64,000 bases of DNA from Prolixibacteraceae bacterium (GCA_963677405.1 OY781961.1:2253123-2317122); one strand, 5' to 3'; positions 27,664 through 37,321 are shown, numbered from the stretch's first letter. Program-made: numbers and translations. Notes: generated by a model from the sequence alone, not told the origin.

Positions 27664-29013
27664 TTAAACGATGCTTTTCCCTTCTTTTATTTTTTCCATG
27701 CGTAAGCCTGCCTGAATATCTTTCCTTTCAATGATTCGGTTATTTCGTCCCAGACACTTTAAAATGCTGTAATGCAAAACATTAATAATAGATGCAGCAC
27801 TTAGTTCATGTTGCTCAGCTAAAACTTCCAGATCAACATCATCGGCATATTTAAATTCGTTGGTTATCGATTTCTTCCACAAGATGTGTCTGTTATGTGC
27901 ATCCGGAATATCAAAATCCAACACGAGCTGAAATCGCCTGAAAAAAGCTTCGTCGATATTCTTTTTAAAATTTGAGCATAAGATAACCAATCCGTCAAAA
28001 TCTTCCATACGCTGAAGTAAATAAGACACTTCCTGATTGGCATAGCGATCATGCGAATCTGTTGTTTTACTCCTTTTTCCGAAAAGGGCATCTGCCTCGT
28101 CAAAAAAGAGAATCCAATTCTTCGATTCCGCCATATTAAAAACACCAGATAAGTTTTTCTCGGTTTCACCGATGTATTTCGAAACAACCATCGACAGGTC
28201 AACCCGATAAACATCCATTTGGAAATGTTTACCTAGAAGACTCGCTGTTAATGTTTTACCTGTTCCAGGAGGTCCTGTGAAAAGTACTTTAAATCCTGGT
28301 TTAATCTTTTTCCCAAATTGGTAATCAGTTTTCAATATTTTACCGTGAAGCACATAATCTTTAATCTCTTCGAGTCCCAGCTGCACCTGATCTGCGACTA
28401 CCAAATCTTCCCACTCCTGTGGGGTGGTTATTCTTTTGGCAGGAAAATTTGGGCTAAAATCGGGTTTATATACATCTCCAACGGTTAATAACGATAAGTA
28501 TTCCTGAGAAATTGAAAGCATCCCGTACAAAAGCGGTTCGTTTGACGATGAGCGCTCGAGTGATAAAATTCCGTCACGCTGGAAAAAATGATATTTGGAG
28601 AACAGTGTTAATGCTTCAAATCTTTTTTCCAGATTGGCACCAACAAGCAGAAAGATAGCAGTTTCTCCAGTTGGAAGATAACCTTTGTGTTTGTCGTATC
28701 GAATTCCGCCAAATTCGGTAAAAGGTATATCGTAAAGGGTATTTTTCATATGCAGCAAATCCAGCATCGATGGTTTCACATGAGGAATCAATGCCAGAAT
28801 TAAAACCAACCGTTCGGCCAAATTCATTGAATGATCTTTTATTAATTTGGCGTATGGCGAATGTTGGTTTTCAACGGATGGCAGAGGTAAATTCCAGATT
28901 TCTTCTTCAGTGACTGATTGTTCAAAGCTGATTTTTCCCCTTAACAAAATCAGTTGCTGAAACCATTCAAGTTCCATTTCAATGGTTTTTGCATTTTCAG
29001 AATTTATACTCAT
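27664..29013 (-). CDS. eCIS AAA+ ATPase (Afp15-like)
   Basis: Walker A GPPGTGKT, DLSMVVSKYIGETEKNL, Walker B ILFFDEADALFGKR, DRYANQEVSYLLQRME. Confidence 0.95.
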   Translation of the reverse strand: MSINSENAKTIEMELEWFQQLILLRGKISFEQSVTEEEIWNLPLPSVENQHSPYAKLIKDHSMNLAERLVLILALIPHVKPSMLDLLHMKNTLYDIPFTEFGGIRYDKHKGYLPTGETAIFLLVGANLEKRFEALTLFSKYHFFQRDGILSLERSSSNEPLLYGMLSISQEYLSLLTVGDVYKPDFSPNFPAKRITTPQEWEDLVVADQVQLGLEEIKDYVLHGKILKTDYQFGKKIKPGFKVLFTGPPGTGKTLTASLLGKHFQMDVYRVDLSMVVSKYIGETEKNLSGVFNMAESKNWILFFDEADALFGKRSKTTDSHDRYANQEVSYLLQRMEDFDGLVILCSNFKKNIDEAFFRRFQLVLDFDIPDAHNRHILWKKSITNEFKYADDVDLEVLAEQHELSAASIINVLHYSILKCLGRNNRIIERKDIQAGLRMEKIKEGKSIV

Positions 29014-29281
29014 TTGCTGATTGTATAATGGTTGCTTCTACGATATAAACACATGAGCAGGCGATTGTTCAAAATCAGAGAACAGATATTTTTTAATTTG
29101 AAGCAACAACAGGAGAGTTTATCTGCTACAAAATAATTTCAGACCTTGAAGCTTAATGTCTTATAACTTACTGGATTTGAACGCATTTTTTTAAGCGAAA
29201 GTATATTGAAATTGGAACTCGATACAATCTAAATCTCAAAGTTTCAGTTTTGACTTACAGTAAAATGCAGTCATAAAATAG

Positions 29282-29312
29282 AAAAGGATTATCAGAGCCT
29301 GATAATCCTTTT
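29282..29312. terminator. 14-bp perfect hairpin in the ATPase/trhO divergent intergenic region
   Basis: AAAAGGATTATCAG-AGC-CTGATAATCCTTTT; no annotated gene ends here, so it may be an attenuator or operator rather than a simple terminator. Confidence 0.45.
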
Positions 29313-29714
29313 TCAAATTTAGTTTAGTTCGATCGGAAAATAGATATTGGTTAAAAGAGAAAAGGTTCATTATTTTTAAACCGTCACGAATATAATAGTT
29401 ATTCATAACTCTTTTTAAGAATTTTTAAGAATTTATTAATGTTATAAATCCTGATAAAAATCAGCACTTCTAAATATCTGTTTTTCAGGGTGTATTTTTT
29501 TTTCGTATGTTTTATAATATCATGACGAGCTATACGTTAAAACGCCGAATAAACATGAAAAGCACACTTTTGGATATTGGCATTAGTGAATAAAATCGCT
29601 CTGGCAACTGCATAAAGTCATATTTTTACCATAAACATTTCTTCTTTTAATTATTTTAACCCCTGCAACACGGCAATAAAAGATCTATTAATCTTAAATT
29701 AAATGGCAATTTTT

Positions 29715-29722
29715 TATCTTTG
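29715..29722 (+). promoter_or_regulatory. Bacteroidota -7 promoter element for trhO
   Basis: TATCTTTG(C), 14 nt before the ATG at 29737. Confidence 0.75.
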
Positions 29723-29736
29723 CCGCAAAAAATAGT

Positions 29737-30768
29737 ATGCGTTTATATAATATTGTCGATAGTAAAGTATTAAAAGAAGCTCTTTTATCTGAGACGTTTA
29801 TCAGGAAAACCATATCCTTCTACCGATATTTCATCATCGATAACCCACAGCAATTTCGCGATCAAGTATATCAGGATTGGGCTGACTTGAATTGTTTTGG
29901 TCGCATATACGTTGCCCGTGAAGGAATTAATGCTCAGATGAGTGTTCCGGAATCTAATTATGAGGCCTTTCTTGAAACATTAACTAAATATCCAATCTTT
30001 GACCAAATTCCAGTAAAATTTGCCATAGAAGACAATGGAAAATCGTTTTATAAGCTGACCATCAAGGTAAGGCCAAAACTCGTTGCCGACGGACTTGATG
30101 ACGATGCCTTTGATGTAACCAATGTCGGACGACATTTGAGCGCTGAAGAATTTCATCATTTGGTTGAATCCGGAGAGCATATTTTAGTGGACATGCGTAA
30201 CCATTACGAATCGGAGATCGGGCATTTTAAAGGCGCGATTTGCCCCGAAACCGATACTTTCAGGGACGAAATTAATCTGGTGACAGAAATGTTGGCCGAC
30301 CAGAAGGATCGTAAAGTTTTATTGTATTGCACTGGAGGAATTCGCTGCGAAAAGGCCAGTGCTTATCTGAAGCACCATGGATTTGCTGATGTAAATCAGT
30401 TGCATGGCGGAATATTGGAATATGCCCGCCAAATCAAACAACTGAATCTCGAACCAAATTTTATCGGTAAAAATTTTGTTTTCGATGAACGATTGGGCGA
30501 ATCGGTTAACGGACAAATCATCTCACATTGTCACCAATGTGGCAAATTATGTGATACACACGCCAATTGTGCCAACGAATTGTGTCATTTGCTATTTATT
30601 CAATGTCCCGAATGTGCTGAAAAATATGAAGCATGCTGTTCAGTAGAATGTCGCGATGTAAAAAATGCCTCAGTTTCTGAAAAACAACTCTTCAGGCTTA
30701 AAAACAATCGGAAGTTTGGGAATAGCCGTCATTACCGAAAAAGCTTTCTCCTTGCAAAAAAAGAATAG
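29737..30768 (+). CDS. trhO: tRNA uridine(34) hydroxylase, rhodanese-domain (YceA/TrhO)
   Basis: GRIYVAREGINAQ, DMRNHYESEIGHF, YCTGGIRCEKAS, NFVFDERL, Cys-rich C-terminus. Confidence 0.92.
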   Translation: MRLYNIVDSKVLKEALLSETFIRKTISFYRYFIIDNPQQFRDQVYQDWADLNCFGRIYVAREGINAQMSVPESNYEAFLETLTKYPIFDQIPVKFAIEDNGKSFYKLTIKVRPKLVADGLDDDAFDVTNVGRHLSAEEFHHLVESGEHILVDMRNHYESEIGHFKGAICPETDTFRDEINLVTEMLADQKDRKVLLYCTGGIRCEKASAYLKHHGFADVNQLHGGILEYARQIKQLNLEPNFIGKNFVFDERLGESVNGQIISHCHQCGKLCDTHANCANELCHLLFIQCPECAEKYEACCSVECRDVKNASVSEKQLFRLKNNRKFGNSRHYRKSFLLAKKE

Positions 30769-30813
30769 TTTTGTCTCCGGATAAAAATATAGCAATCAAA
30801 AACTCGATTTTGT

Positions 30814-31800
30814 ATGTCAAATTTCTGGGATGAAATTCAGAAACCCATATTTGCCTTAGCGCCAATGGAAGATGTTACGGATACTTCTTTCCGTGAAATT
30901 GTTGCCCGGCTTGCCGATCCGAAATATCTTTCGATTCTCTATACCGAATTTACTTCTGTCGATGGAATGAATCATCCGGTTGGTAAAATCAGGGTGGGAG
31001 AGCGGTTGATCGTTAGCGAAACAGAACGTCAATTGCTGAAACAGAAGAACATCAAGCTGATTGCGCAGATTTGGGGTAAAAGGCCTGAGCTATTTCATAA
31101 AATTGCAGCAGAAATTACTTCGGAATATGACTTTGACGGGTTGGACATTAATATGGGTTGCCCGGTAAAAAATGTAGTTAAAAACGGCTGTTGCTCTGCG
31201 CTGATCAACGAACCAAGCCTGGCAAAGGAAATTGTGCTTGCCACGAAAGAAGCCACTCATTTGCCGGTTTCAGTAAAGACTCGTACAGGGATAAAAAACC
31301 ACGATACTGAATCATGGATCGCCAATTTGCTGGAAACGAAACCGGCGGCTATCATTCTTCACGGAAGGACTCAAAAACAACAATCTGATGGGTTAGCCAA
31401 TTGGGAAGAAATTGCAAAAGGTGCACGAATGCGCGATCAGATTCATCCTGAAACCAAATTTCTGGGAAATGGCGATGTTTTGTCTGTAGCTCAGGGAGAA
31501 GCGCTTTGCCAAAAATACCAACTCGACGGCATCATGGTTGGTCGTGGTATTTTCCACAATCCATGGTTTTTTAATCCCTCGCACACATCGCCGACAAAGG
31601 CTGAAAAGCTTCAGCAATTACTACTTCATACTCAACTTTTTGAAAGAAGCTGGGGCAACCAAAAGAACCTCAATATTCTAAACCGGTTTTATAAAATTTA
31701 TACCAACGACTTCCCGGGTGCGGCCAAACTACGTGCCGATTTAATGGATGCCAAAACATTTGAAGAAGTTTACCAGATTGTTGGTCGTGAAATTGTTTAG
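30814..31800 (+). CDS. dus: tRNA-dihydrouridine synthase
   Basis: LAPMEDVTD, DINMGCP, SVKTRTG, HGRT, GNGD, MVGRG. Confidence 0.93.
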   Translation: MSNFWDEIQKPIFALAPMEDVTDTSFREIVARLADPKYLSILYTEFTSVDGMNHPVGKIRVGERLIVSETERQLLKQKNIKLIAQIWGKRPELFHKIAAEITSEYDFDGLDINMGCPVKNVVKNGCCSALINEPSLAKEIVLATKEATHLPVSVKTRTGIKNHDTESWIANLLETKPAAIILHGRTQKQQSDGLANWEEIAKGARMRDQIHPETKFLGNGDVLSVAQGEALCQKYQLDGIMVGRGIFHNPWFFNPSHTSPTKAEKLQQLLLHTQLFERSWGNQKNLNILNRFYKIYTNDFPGAAKLRADLMDAKTFEEVYQIVGREIV

Positions 31801-31931
31801 TTATTTCGATCAATCAGAATTCGTATACGCTCCGTTTTTTCACAAAAGACTAATTTAAAGCCTTGTTTCTTAAGTTAAATTAACTTTATTTTGAAGTATT
31901 GTGCTCCAGAGAAATAGAATCGGGAGAATGA

Positions 31932-32537
31932 ATGCTTTCATTAAATTCCATGGCTTCTGGAAAAAATCAAAATTATGCTTCAATGAATATTCGTAAAACA
32001 TTACGGTCGCTTCACCGCGATTTTGGTTATCTGGTGGTGGGTATCACCTTTATTTATACCGTTTCGGGCATTGCAATGAACCATCGGCAAGACTGGAATC
32101 CGCACTACTCAATGGTTACTGAAGATGTCACAGTTCCGGCAACTGACCAAATGGAATATTCGAAAGCTGAGATTAACTCGTTACTTGGGAAATTCAATAA
32201 TCAACTGGTTTACAAAAAGCATTTCATTACAAAAGATGCCACCATCAAAATATTTGTTGAAGAAGGTACTGTGATTTATACGCCTTTGGAAGGAACTGCC
32301 GAACTTGAATTGTTGAAGAAACGGCCGTTTTGGTTTCAAATTAACCGAATTCATTTAGCTCAAACCGACAGGATTTGGATCTGGATTTCAGATGCTATGG
32401 CTGTATTCCTCTTGTTTGTAGCCATTTCAGGATTATTTTTACTGAAAGGAAAGTACGGAATAAAGAGCAGGGGACTTTGGCTCACTTCTCTTGGGATTGT
32501 TATTCCGCTGGTGATTATCTTCTTTTATTTAAACTGA
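31932..32537 (+). CDS. PepSY-associated TM helix protein
   Basis: RSLHRDFGY...SGIAMNH...INRIHL...ISGLFL; true start may be 31950 or 31983. Confidence 0.85.
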   Translation: MLSLNSMASGKNQNYASMNIRKTLRSLHRDFGYLVVGITFIYTVSGIAMNHRQDWNPHYSMVTEDVTVPATDQMEYSKAEINSLLGKFNNQLVYKKHFITKDATIKIFVEEGTVIYTPLEGTAELELLKKRPFWFQINRIHLAQTDRIWIWISDAMAVFLLFVAISGLFLLKGKYGIKSRGLWLTSLGIVIPLVIIFFYLN

Positions 32538-32557
32538 ACACACTAAATAAATATACT

Positions 32558-33127
32558 ATGAAAAGAACATTTGGAGTACTTTTAAGTTTGCTGGTACTTT
32601 TTGCATGCACCAATCAGACCAAACAGAAAAAAGACGAAAAATCAGCCGAATTAACGGTTTTGACTGTTGATGAACTTCAGGCTCAAGGGAAAGACCTTGT
32701 TGGAAAGGAAGTTTTGGTAAAAGGCACCGTAACGCACGTTTGTAAAGAGGCTGGAGCCCGTTGCTTTATTATGGGAAGTACCGAGGATGTCAGCGTTCGG
32801 ATTGAAGCTGGTAGAATTGGCTCATTTACTCAGGAACAAATGGGAAGCGACATCCTGGTTCGTGGTACACTTCAGGAAGTTCAGCTTGACGAAAGCGATC
32901 TGGCTGAAATGGAAAAATCTGCGGCTGCCGGTGAATCGGCCAATAAAGACCATGCTTTGGGGCATGATGGACCTGCCTTGCATTCGGTTGACGGTGGAAA
33001 CCACGATAGCATTAATCAGGCAAAAAAACTTGAAGACATGAATCAAAAACTTGCAGAAAGTAAAGAAGGTTATGTCCCGGTTTATTACATCGACGGATTG
33101 GAATTGGTTAAAGCAAAAGTCGATTAA
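32558..33127 (+). CDS. Lipoprotein with OB-fold-like domain and His/acidic loop
   Basis: Start reassigned to ATG 32558 (MKRTFGVLLSLLVLFAC lipobox); VLVKGTVTHVCKEAG.RCFI. Confidence 0.7.
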   Translation: MKRTFGVLLSLLVLFACTNQTKQKKDEKSAELTVLTVDELQAQGKDLVGKEVLVKGTVTHVCKEAGARCFIMGSTEDVSVRIEAGRIGSFTQEQMGSDILVRGTLQEVQLDESDLAEMEKSAAAGESANKDHALGHDGPALHSVDGGNHDSINQAKKLEDMNQKLAESKEGYVPVYYIDGLELVKAKVD

Positions 33128-33166
33128 GGAAATAAACGGTTACTTTCAGTAAACTCATAAAAGTAT

Positions 33167-33209
33167 AAGCCAGTCAATTACTTGAATCAATCAGGAAATT
33201 GACTGGCTT
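33167..33209. terminator. Bidirectional terminator between convergent genes
   Basis: AAGCCAGTCAATT (33167-79) / AATTGACTGGCTT (33197-209), flanked by A- and T-rich runs. Confidence 0.75.
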
Positions 33210-33214
33210 GTTTG

Positions 33215-33583
33215 TTATTTCTGTGTTTCAGGAAGAAAATTGAGCGAAACTGAGTTTACACAATGGCGGGTATTTTTTGAAGTAAATCCTTCGCCAACAA
33301 AAACGTGGCCTAAATGAGCGCCACATTGAGCACAGGTAATTTCAGTCCTTCGTCCATCAGCATCAGTTGTTCGTTTTACTGCTCCTTTAATTTCATCGTC
33401 AAAACTTGGCCATCCACAATGGGCATCAAACTTATCAGCCGAGCGATAAAGTGGGGCATTGCATTTCTTGCATAAATACGTTCCGGCGTCAGTGTTTTGA
33501 TAATAAATTCCAGTAAAAGGTCTTTCCGTTCCTTTACCTTCAATTACATAGCTTTCATATTCAGTAAGTTCATTGAATTTCAT
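33215..33583 (-). CDS. msrB: Methionine-R-sulfoxide reductase
   Basis: GTERPF, CKKC, CGWPSF, RTEITCAQCGAHLGHVF, RHCVNS. Confidence 0.97.
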   Translation of the reverse strand: MKFNELTEYESYVIEGKGTERPFTGIYYQNTDAGTYLCKKCNAPLYRSADKFDAHCGWPSFDDEIKGAVKRTTDADGRRTEITCAQCGAHLGHVFVGEGFTSKNTRHCVNSVSLNFLPETQK

Positions 33584-33781
33584 TGGAGTGCTTTTTCGTT
33601 TGCTTTTATCTTGTCAATTCGCCACTGGTGCCAATAACATATGCTTTAACACCCAGTGTCAAAGCATATACAACTCAGATGTCTGGATTGTTTATTAAAA
33701 GATCAACAATTTAATAAGATGGCCTGAAAACTCAAATCTCATAGAAACGGGTAAATGTTGTATCTTTCGCAAAAAAAAAAG

Positions 33782-34351
33782 ATGAAACGGCTATTTACAT
33801 ACTTTCTTCAGGGACTATTGCTTTTGGGACCTTTAGCAGTGACGCTTTATAGTGTTTATCTGATGTTTAACTATGCCGACCGATTGATTGGTGACCCATT
33901 AAAAGAGCATTATAAGCTTGATATTCCGGGAATTGGAATTGTTGTGTTGTTTGTATCACTGACGCTTCTCGGGTTAATCGGACAAACCATAATCGTAAAA
34001 CCATTTACCTGGTTTACCCGCAGGCTTCTAAAACGCCTACCGTTATTGAATGTTATCTATTCTTCGATTAATGATTTATTTACGGCATTTGTTGGGAAAG
34101 AAAAGAAATTCACTGTACCTGTCAGGGTTTGTATGGACAAGGAAAACAATTTATGGAAGATAGGGTTTATTACTGAAAAAAAATTGAATGAATTTGGAAT
34201 GGACGGCATGGTTGCTGTTTATTTTCCATTTTCATACAGCATTAATGGCGAAATGATGATGGTTCCCGAAAGTTCGGTGATACATGTTGATTTGAGCCCT
34301 TCGGAAGTAATGAAATTTGTGGTTTCGGGTGGTGTGACTAAAATTAATTGA
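33782..34351 (+). CDS. DUF502 membrane protein
   Basis: Likely start 33782 (MKRLFTYFLQGLL); LPLLNVIYSSINDL, IGFIT, VAVYFP, VMKFVVSGGV. Confidence 0.88.
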   Translation: MKRLFTYFLQGLLLLGPLAVTLYSVYLMFNYADRLIGDPLKEHYKLDIPGIGIVVLFVSLTLLGLIGQTIIVKPFTWFTRRLLKRLPLLNVIYSSINDLFTAFVGKEKKFTVPVRVCMDKENNLWKIGFITEKKLNEFGMDGMVAVYFPFSYSINGEMMMVPESSVIHVDLSPSEVMKFVVSGGVTKIN

Positions 34352-34352
34352 T

Positions 34353-35408
34353 ATGCCGACAGAAGTATTATTGATGGGAGGTTTTCTTGTATTGATCATT
34401 TTTGTGTTAATGATTGATTTGTTGGTTGTTGGACGAAACTCGCACATTGTGTCCACCAAGGAAGCCTTGATCTGGTCAAGCGTTTGGTTCGTTCTTTCAA
34501 TGGGATTTTATGCGTTCCTGAAATTTTATGGACACATGCTTCATGGCATAGAAACACCCGCCGAATTATCGGAGGTTATCAGCAAATATGCCCCAGGTAT
34601 CAAATTCAGTTCGACTGATTTTGAAGGTATGGTTGCTGAATATCGCGACAACATGTCGATGAGTTATCTAGCTGGTTACTTTATCGAACAAACGCTTTCT
34701 ATCGATAATGTTTTTGTAATACTGCTTATCCTTCAGGGATTTTCAGTTCCGCAAAAAAACTATAAAACAGTTTTGTTTTGGGGCGTACTGGGCGCCATCA
34801 TTTTAAGATTTATTTTCATTTTTGCCGGAGCTGCGCTCATTCATAAATTCTCGTGGATACTCTATGTTTTTGGAGCGTTTCTGGTATTTCAGGGCATCAA
34901 AATTCTGGTAAAAAAAGATGATCACCAAAGCGACCCTCATGACTCTTTTATTGTCAGATTTTTGTCAAAATACCTGAATATTCTGAAGGAATACCACGGT
35001 GACCGGTTTGCCCTGAATTATCATGGAAAGGTATTTTTCACGCCCCTGACGCTGGTTCTGGTTTTAGTTGAGTTTACCGATGTTATTTTTGCACTTGACT
35101 CTATTCCAGCCGTATTTTCGGTCTCTCTTGATCCATTTGTAGTATTCTTTTCGAATATCTTTGCGATCATTGGTCTTCGCTCCCTATTCTTCCTGTTGGC
35201 AAATATGATCGATAAATTCAGGTTCCTGAATATTGGAGTGAGTATCTTGCTGATTTTTGTAGGAGTAAAATTGCTCGCTCACAACTGGCTTGATGAGATT
35301 GGTTTTAAATCATCGTATTCACTCTATTTTATTGCAGCCACTCTAGTCCTGAGTGTTGTTCTTTCGGCCTTGTTTCCGGAGAAGGATAAAGCAGGAAAAA
35401 GTCATTAG
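34353..35408 (+). CDS. TerC/Alx family membrane protein
   Basis: GYFIEQTLSIDNVFV, VLFWGVLGAIILR, EFTDVIFALDSIPAV, SNIFAIIGLRSL. Confidence 0.95.
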   Translation: MPTEVLLMGGFLVLIIFVLMIDLLVVGRNSHIVSTKEALIWSSVWFVLSMGFYAFLKFYGHMLHGIETPAELSEVISKYAPGIKFSSTDFEGMVAEYRDNMSMSYLAGYFIEQTLSIDNVFVILLILQGFSVPQKNYKTVLFWGVLGAIILRFIFIFAGAALIHKFSWILYVFGAFLVFQGIKILVKKDDHQSDPHDSFIVRFLSKYLNILKEYHGDRFALNYHGKVFFTPLTLVLVLVEFTDVIFALDSIPAVFSVSLDPFVVFFSNIFAIIGLRSLFFLLANMIDKFRFLNIGVSILLIFVGVKLLAHNWLDEIGFKSSYSLYFIAATLVLSVVLSALFPEKDKAGKSH

Positions 35409-35545
35409 TCATTCGGATAATCCTTCCCTTTGACTAATGTTTCAACTTTTCTTTCGGAGTTTGCTTCAAACTATTGGCAATGAGCAATTTCATCTTTAAT
35501 GATAAATTTTCGCCTAGTCTTAGTTTAATTGCTAAAATACCTTTA

Positions 35546-36241
35546 TCAAAGGATTTTATTTACTTTTCTAATGTATTCAGTAATAAGCGGATTGGGATTA
35601 TCAAAGCTTGAATCCATTTGAGGAACAAATGCGGTAATAATGAAAAATGGATGATTATTTAACTCCATCATACGAATGGTACGATTGACGTCCATTCCAC
35701 TAACAATCAAATCACCGCTTAAAATCAATGGCCGATAAGCCTCATTGATTCCGTAACTGCAATAATAATCAACTTCGATGTTACTGGTGCCATAGATTTT
35801 ACTTGCCGCGGTATGCTCCATAATATCTACTTTTCCACGCGTACCTTTTAGCGAACAAGCCATCAGGTCGATAAACAAATTATCGGCATTATTGGTATAT
35901 TCGGCATGTTGGGCATTTTGATAACCCAATACATTCCGCGCATATTCAATGATGGTATGTTGAAATCCACTGCACGTACCAATATGCGGAATTTGGTTCT
36001 CGCGTGCATACCGAATGGCATTTAGCGAGCCATTCATACTTTTAAATGGACAACCGGTCGCACTCCAGATCCCATTTGTATTTTGCAGTATTTCGGCGTA
36101 ACAATCCGTATCAAGGGTAGTCGTATCAATCCAACGATACTTGGTATTTACGCCAAGATGCCTATTCGAATGTTCTATCGAATCAGCAATTGCCAATTGA
36201 GTTTTCGAATTACGAAAATCACCTACAATAGCTATTTCCAT
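35546..36241 (-). CDS. Stand-alone CTP-synthase-like glutamine amidotransferase domain
   Basis: IAIVGD, IRYARENQIPHIGTCSGFQH, YYCSYGIN, ELNNHPFF; no synthetase domain. Confidence 0.8.
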   Translation of the reverse strand: MEIAIVGDFRNSKTQLAIADSIEHSNRHLGVNTKYRWIDTTTLDTDCYAEILQNTNGIWSATGCPFKSMNGSLNAIRYARENQIPHIGTCSGFQHTIIEYARNVLGYQNAQHAEYTNNADNLFIDLMACSLKGTRGKVDIMEHTAASKIYGTSNIEVDYYCSYGINEAYRPLILSGDLIVSGMDVNRTIRMMELNNHPFFIITAFVPQMDSSFDNPNPLITEYIRKVNKIL

Positions 36242-36260
36242 ATTCTTGATATACTAATTT

Positions 36261-37319
36261 TTAAAATGTGGCCCGGTAACTTAATCCAAGACTTCCAGCT
36301 CCCAAATAGGCAGGCAATAAAGCTGAGGTAGCTCCTTTATCGTGCCCTATTTTCGGAATCACCTGATGGCCTCGCGACGATACAATCTTACCACAAGTGT
36401 ATCCAATAGCAATGGCCAGCGGATAATCACTCATCCAGTGAACTCCATTATTAAGCATAGCGTAGCCAAGCAATCCCATCAGTGAGTACCCAACTGGCTT
36501 AATGTATTTGTTATCGGGATAATTGCTGGCAAGAATTGTAATGGTAGCCATTGCAGTGGCTAAATGACCTGAAGGAAACGCATCGTAATTCGATACACTT
36601 TTTTGGTATTTGCCTGGTTTCGGAAAAGGATGCCAGTCGCCGCCAGGAACAGGATTTTCTGATTCCATCGCCCTGAACGGGCTTTGTCTTCCTGTTATCC
36701 GTTTCAGGAATTGAGTGGTTAATCCCAGTGCAAATATACCTTCGGCAATCTGAGAAGTGGTTTGAAGGGCACGGTAATCGTTGGCAACAAGTCCATAACT
36801 ATACAATCCACCTGCAACAAACATACTGGCCCAACCTTCGCCTAAATAATAAATGGCAGAGTTGGCATTGTCCGGAATTTCCATCGCATTCACATGAAAA
36901 CCGCCAATATTGAATTCAATCAGTGTTTTTGATGCTCTTGCCGGATTAAGATTAATGTACCGACCAAATTGTTTGGCTGCATCGGTAATTGGCTGATCGA
37001 CGAGTACAAGTAGTGCCGATCCGGCCAGGATAATTCCAAGTTTAGGCAAGTTTTTCTTCGAGAAAGCTGTTTTGCCCATCGTATAAATGTCAGATGGAAC
37101 ATTTAGTGCAAACTGAAATGGCTTAGGTCTAAAATACAACATTTCAGCCTCTTCCGTATTAAAAATCTGAGCCTTTCGAATCTTCAATGTGTCGCGCCAT
37201 GCCACATTTACAAGGGTATCTTTCTTTGATTCGGCCTTAACTCTTGTAGCAAGAAAAAAAACAAAAATGGAAACTATAAAATATTTGAATGCCCTAAAGA
37301 GTATAATTTGGACTACCAT
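36261..37319 (-). CDS. PAP2-family phosphatase
   Basis: KRITGRQSP, AFPSGH, HWMSDY; ATG 37319 preferred over the GTG at 37331. Confidence 0.85.
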   Translation of the reverse strand: MVVQIILFRAFKYFIVSIFVFFLATRVKAESKKDTLVNVAWRDTLKIRKAQIFNTEEAEMLYFRPKPFQFALNVPSDIYTMGKTAFSKKNLPKLGIILAGSALLVLVDQPITDAAKQFGRYINLNPARASKTLIEFNIGGFHVNAMEIPDNANSAIYYLGEGWASMFVAGGLYSYGLVANDYRALQTTSQIAEGIFALGLTTQFLKRITGRQSPFRAMESENPVPGGDWHPFPKPGKYQKSVSNYDAFPSGHLATAMATITILASNYPDNKYIKPVGYSLMGLLGYAMLNNGVHWMSDYPLAIAIGYTCGKIVSSRGHQVIPKIGHDKGATSALLPAYLGAGSLGLSYRATF

Positions 37320-37321
37320 AA

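Larger units (their letters stand above)
5566..29013 (-). other. Extracellular contractile injection system (Afp/PVC/AlgoCIS-type) gene cluster
   Basis: Cap, sheath, 2 tubes, LysM, VgrG, PAAR, gp25, 2 baseplate proteins, fibre, tape measure and AAA+ ATPase. From 5566 to 26951 the genes are co-oriented with gaps of about 40 bp or less. No T6SS membrane-complex or ClpV genes seen. Confidence 0.95.

Noticed and set aside
5566-29013. Interpretation as a prophage or a T6SS-iii
   Set aside because: No capsid, portal, terminase or integrase, and no TssB/C pair, ClpV or TssN/O/P genes. The DUF4255 + Afp15 ATPase + DUF4157 combination is diagnostic of eCIS.
5402-29164. Shared 11-mer TAATGTCTTAT in the cargo leader (5402-12) and the ATPase leader (29154-64)
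   Set aside because: A rough estimate for two AT-rich leaders of ~240 and ~720 bp gives a few tenths of such a match by chance. The main operon leader has only a 9/11 match. Not supportable as a regulon motif without comparative data.
33771-33780. A10 homopolymer before the DUF502 gene as a phase-variation switch
   Set aside because: It lies in the A-rich translation-initiation region upstream of the likely start (33782), which is normal for Bacteroidota.
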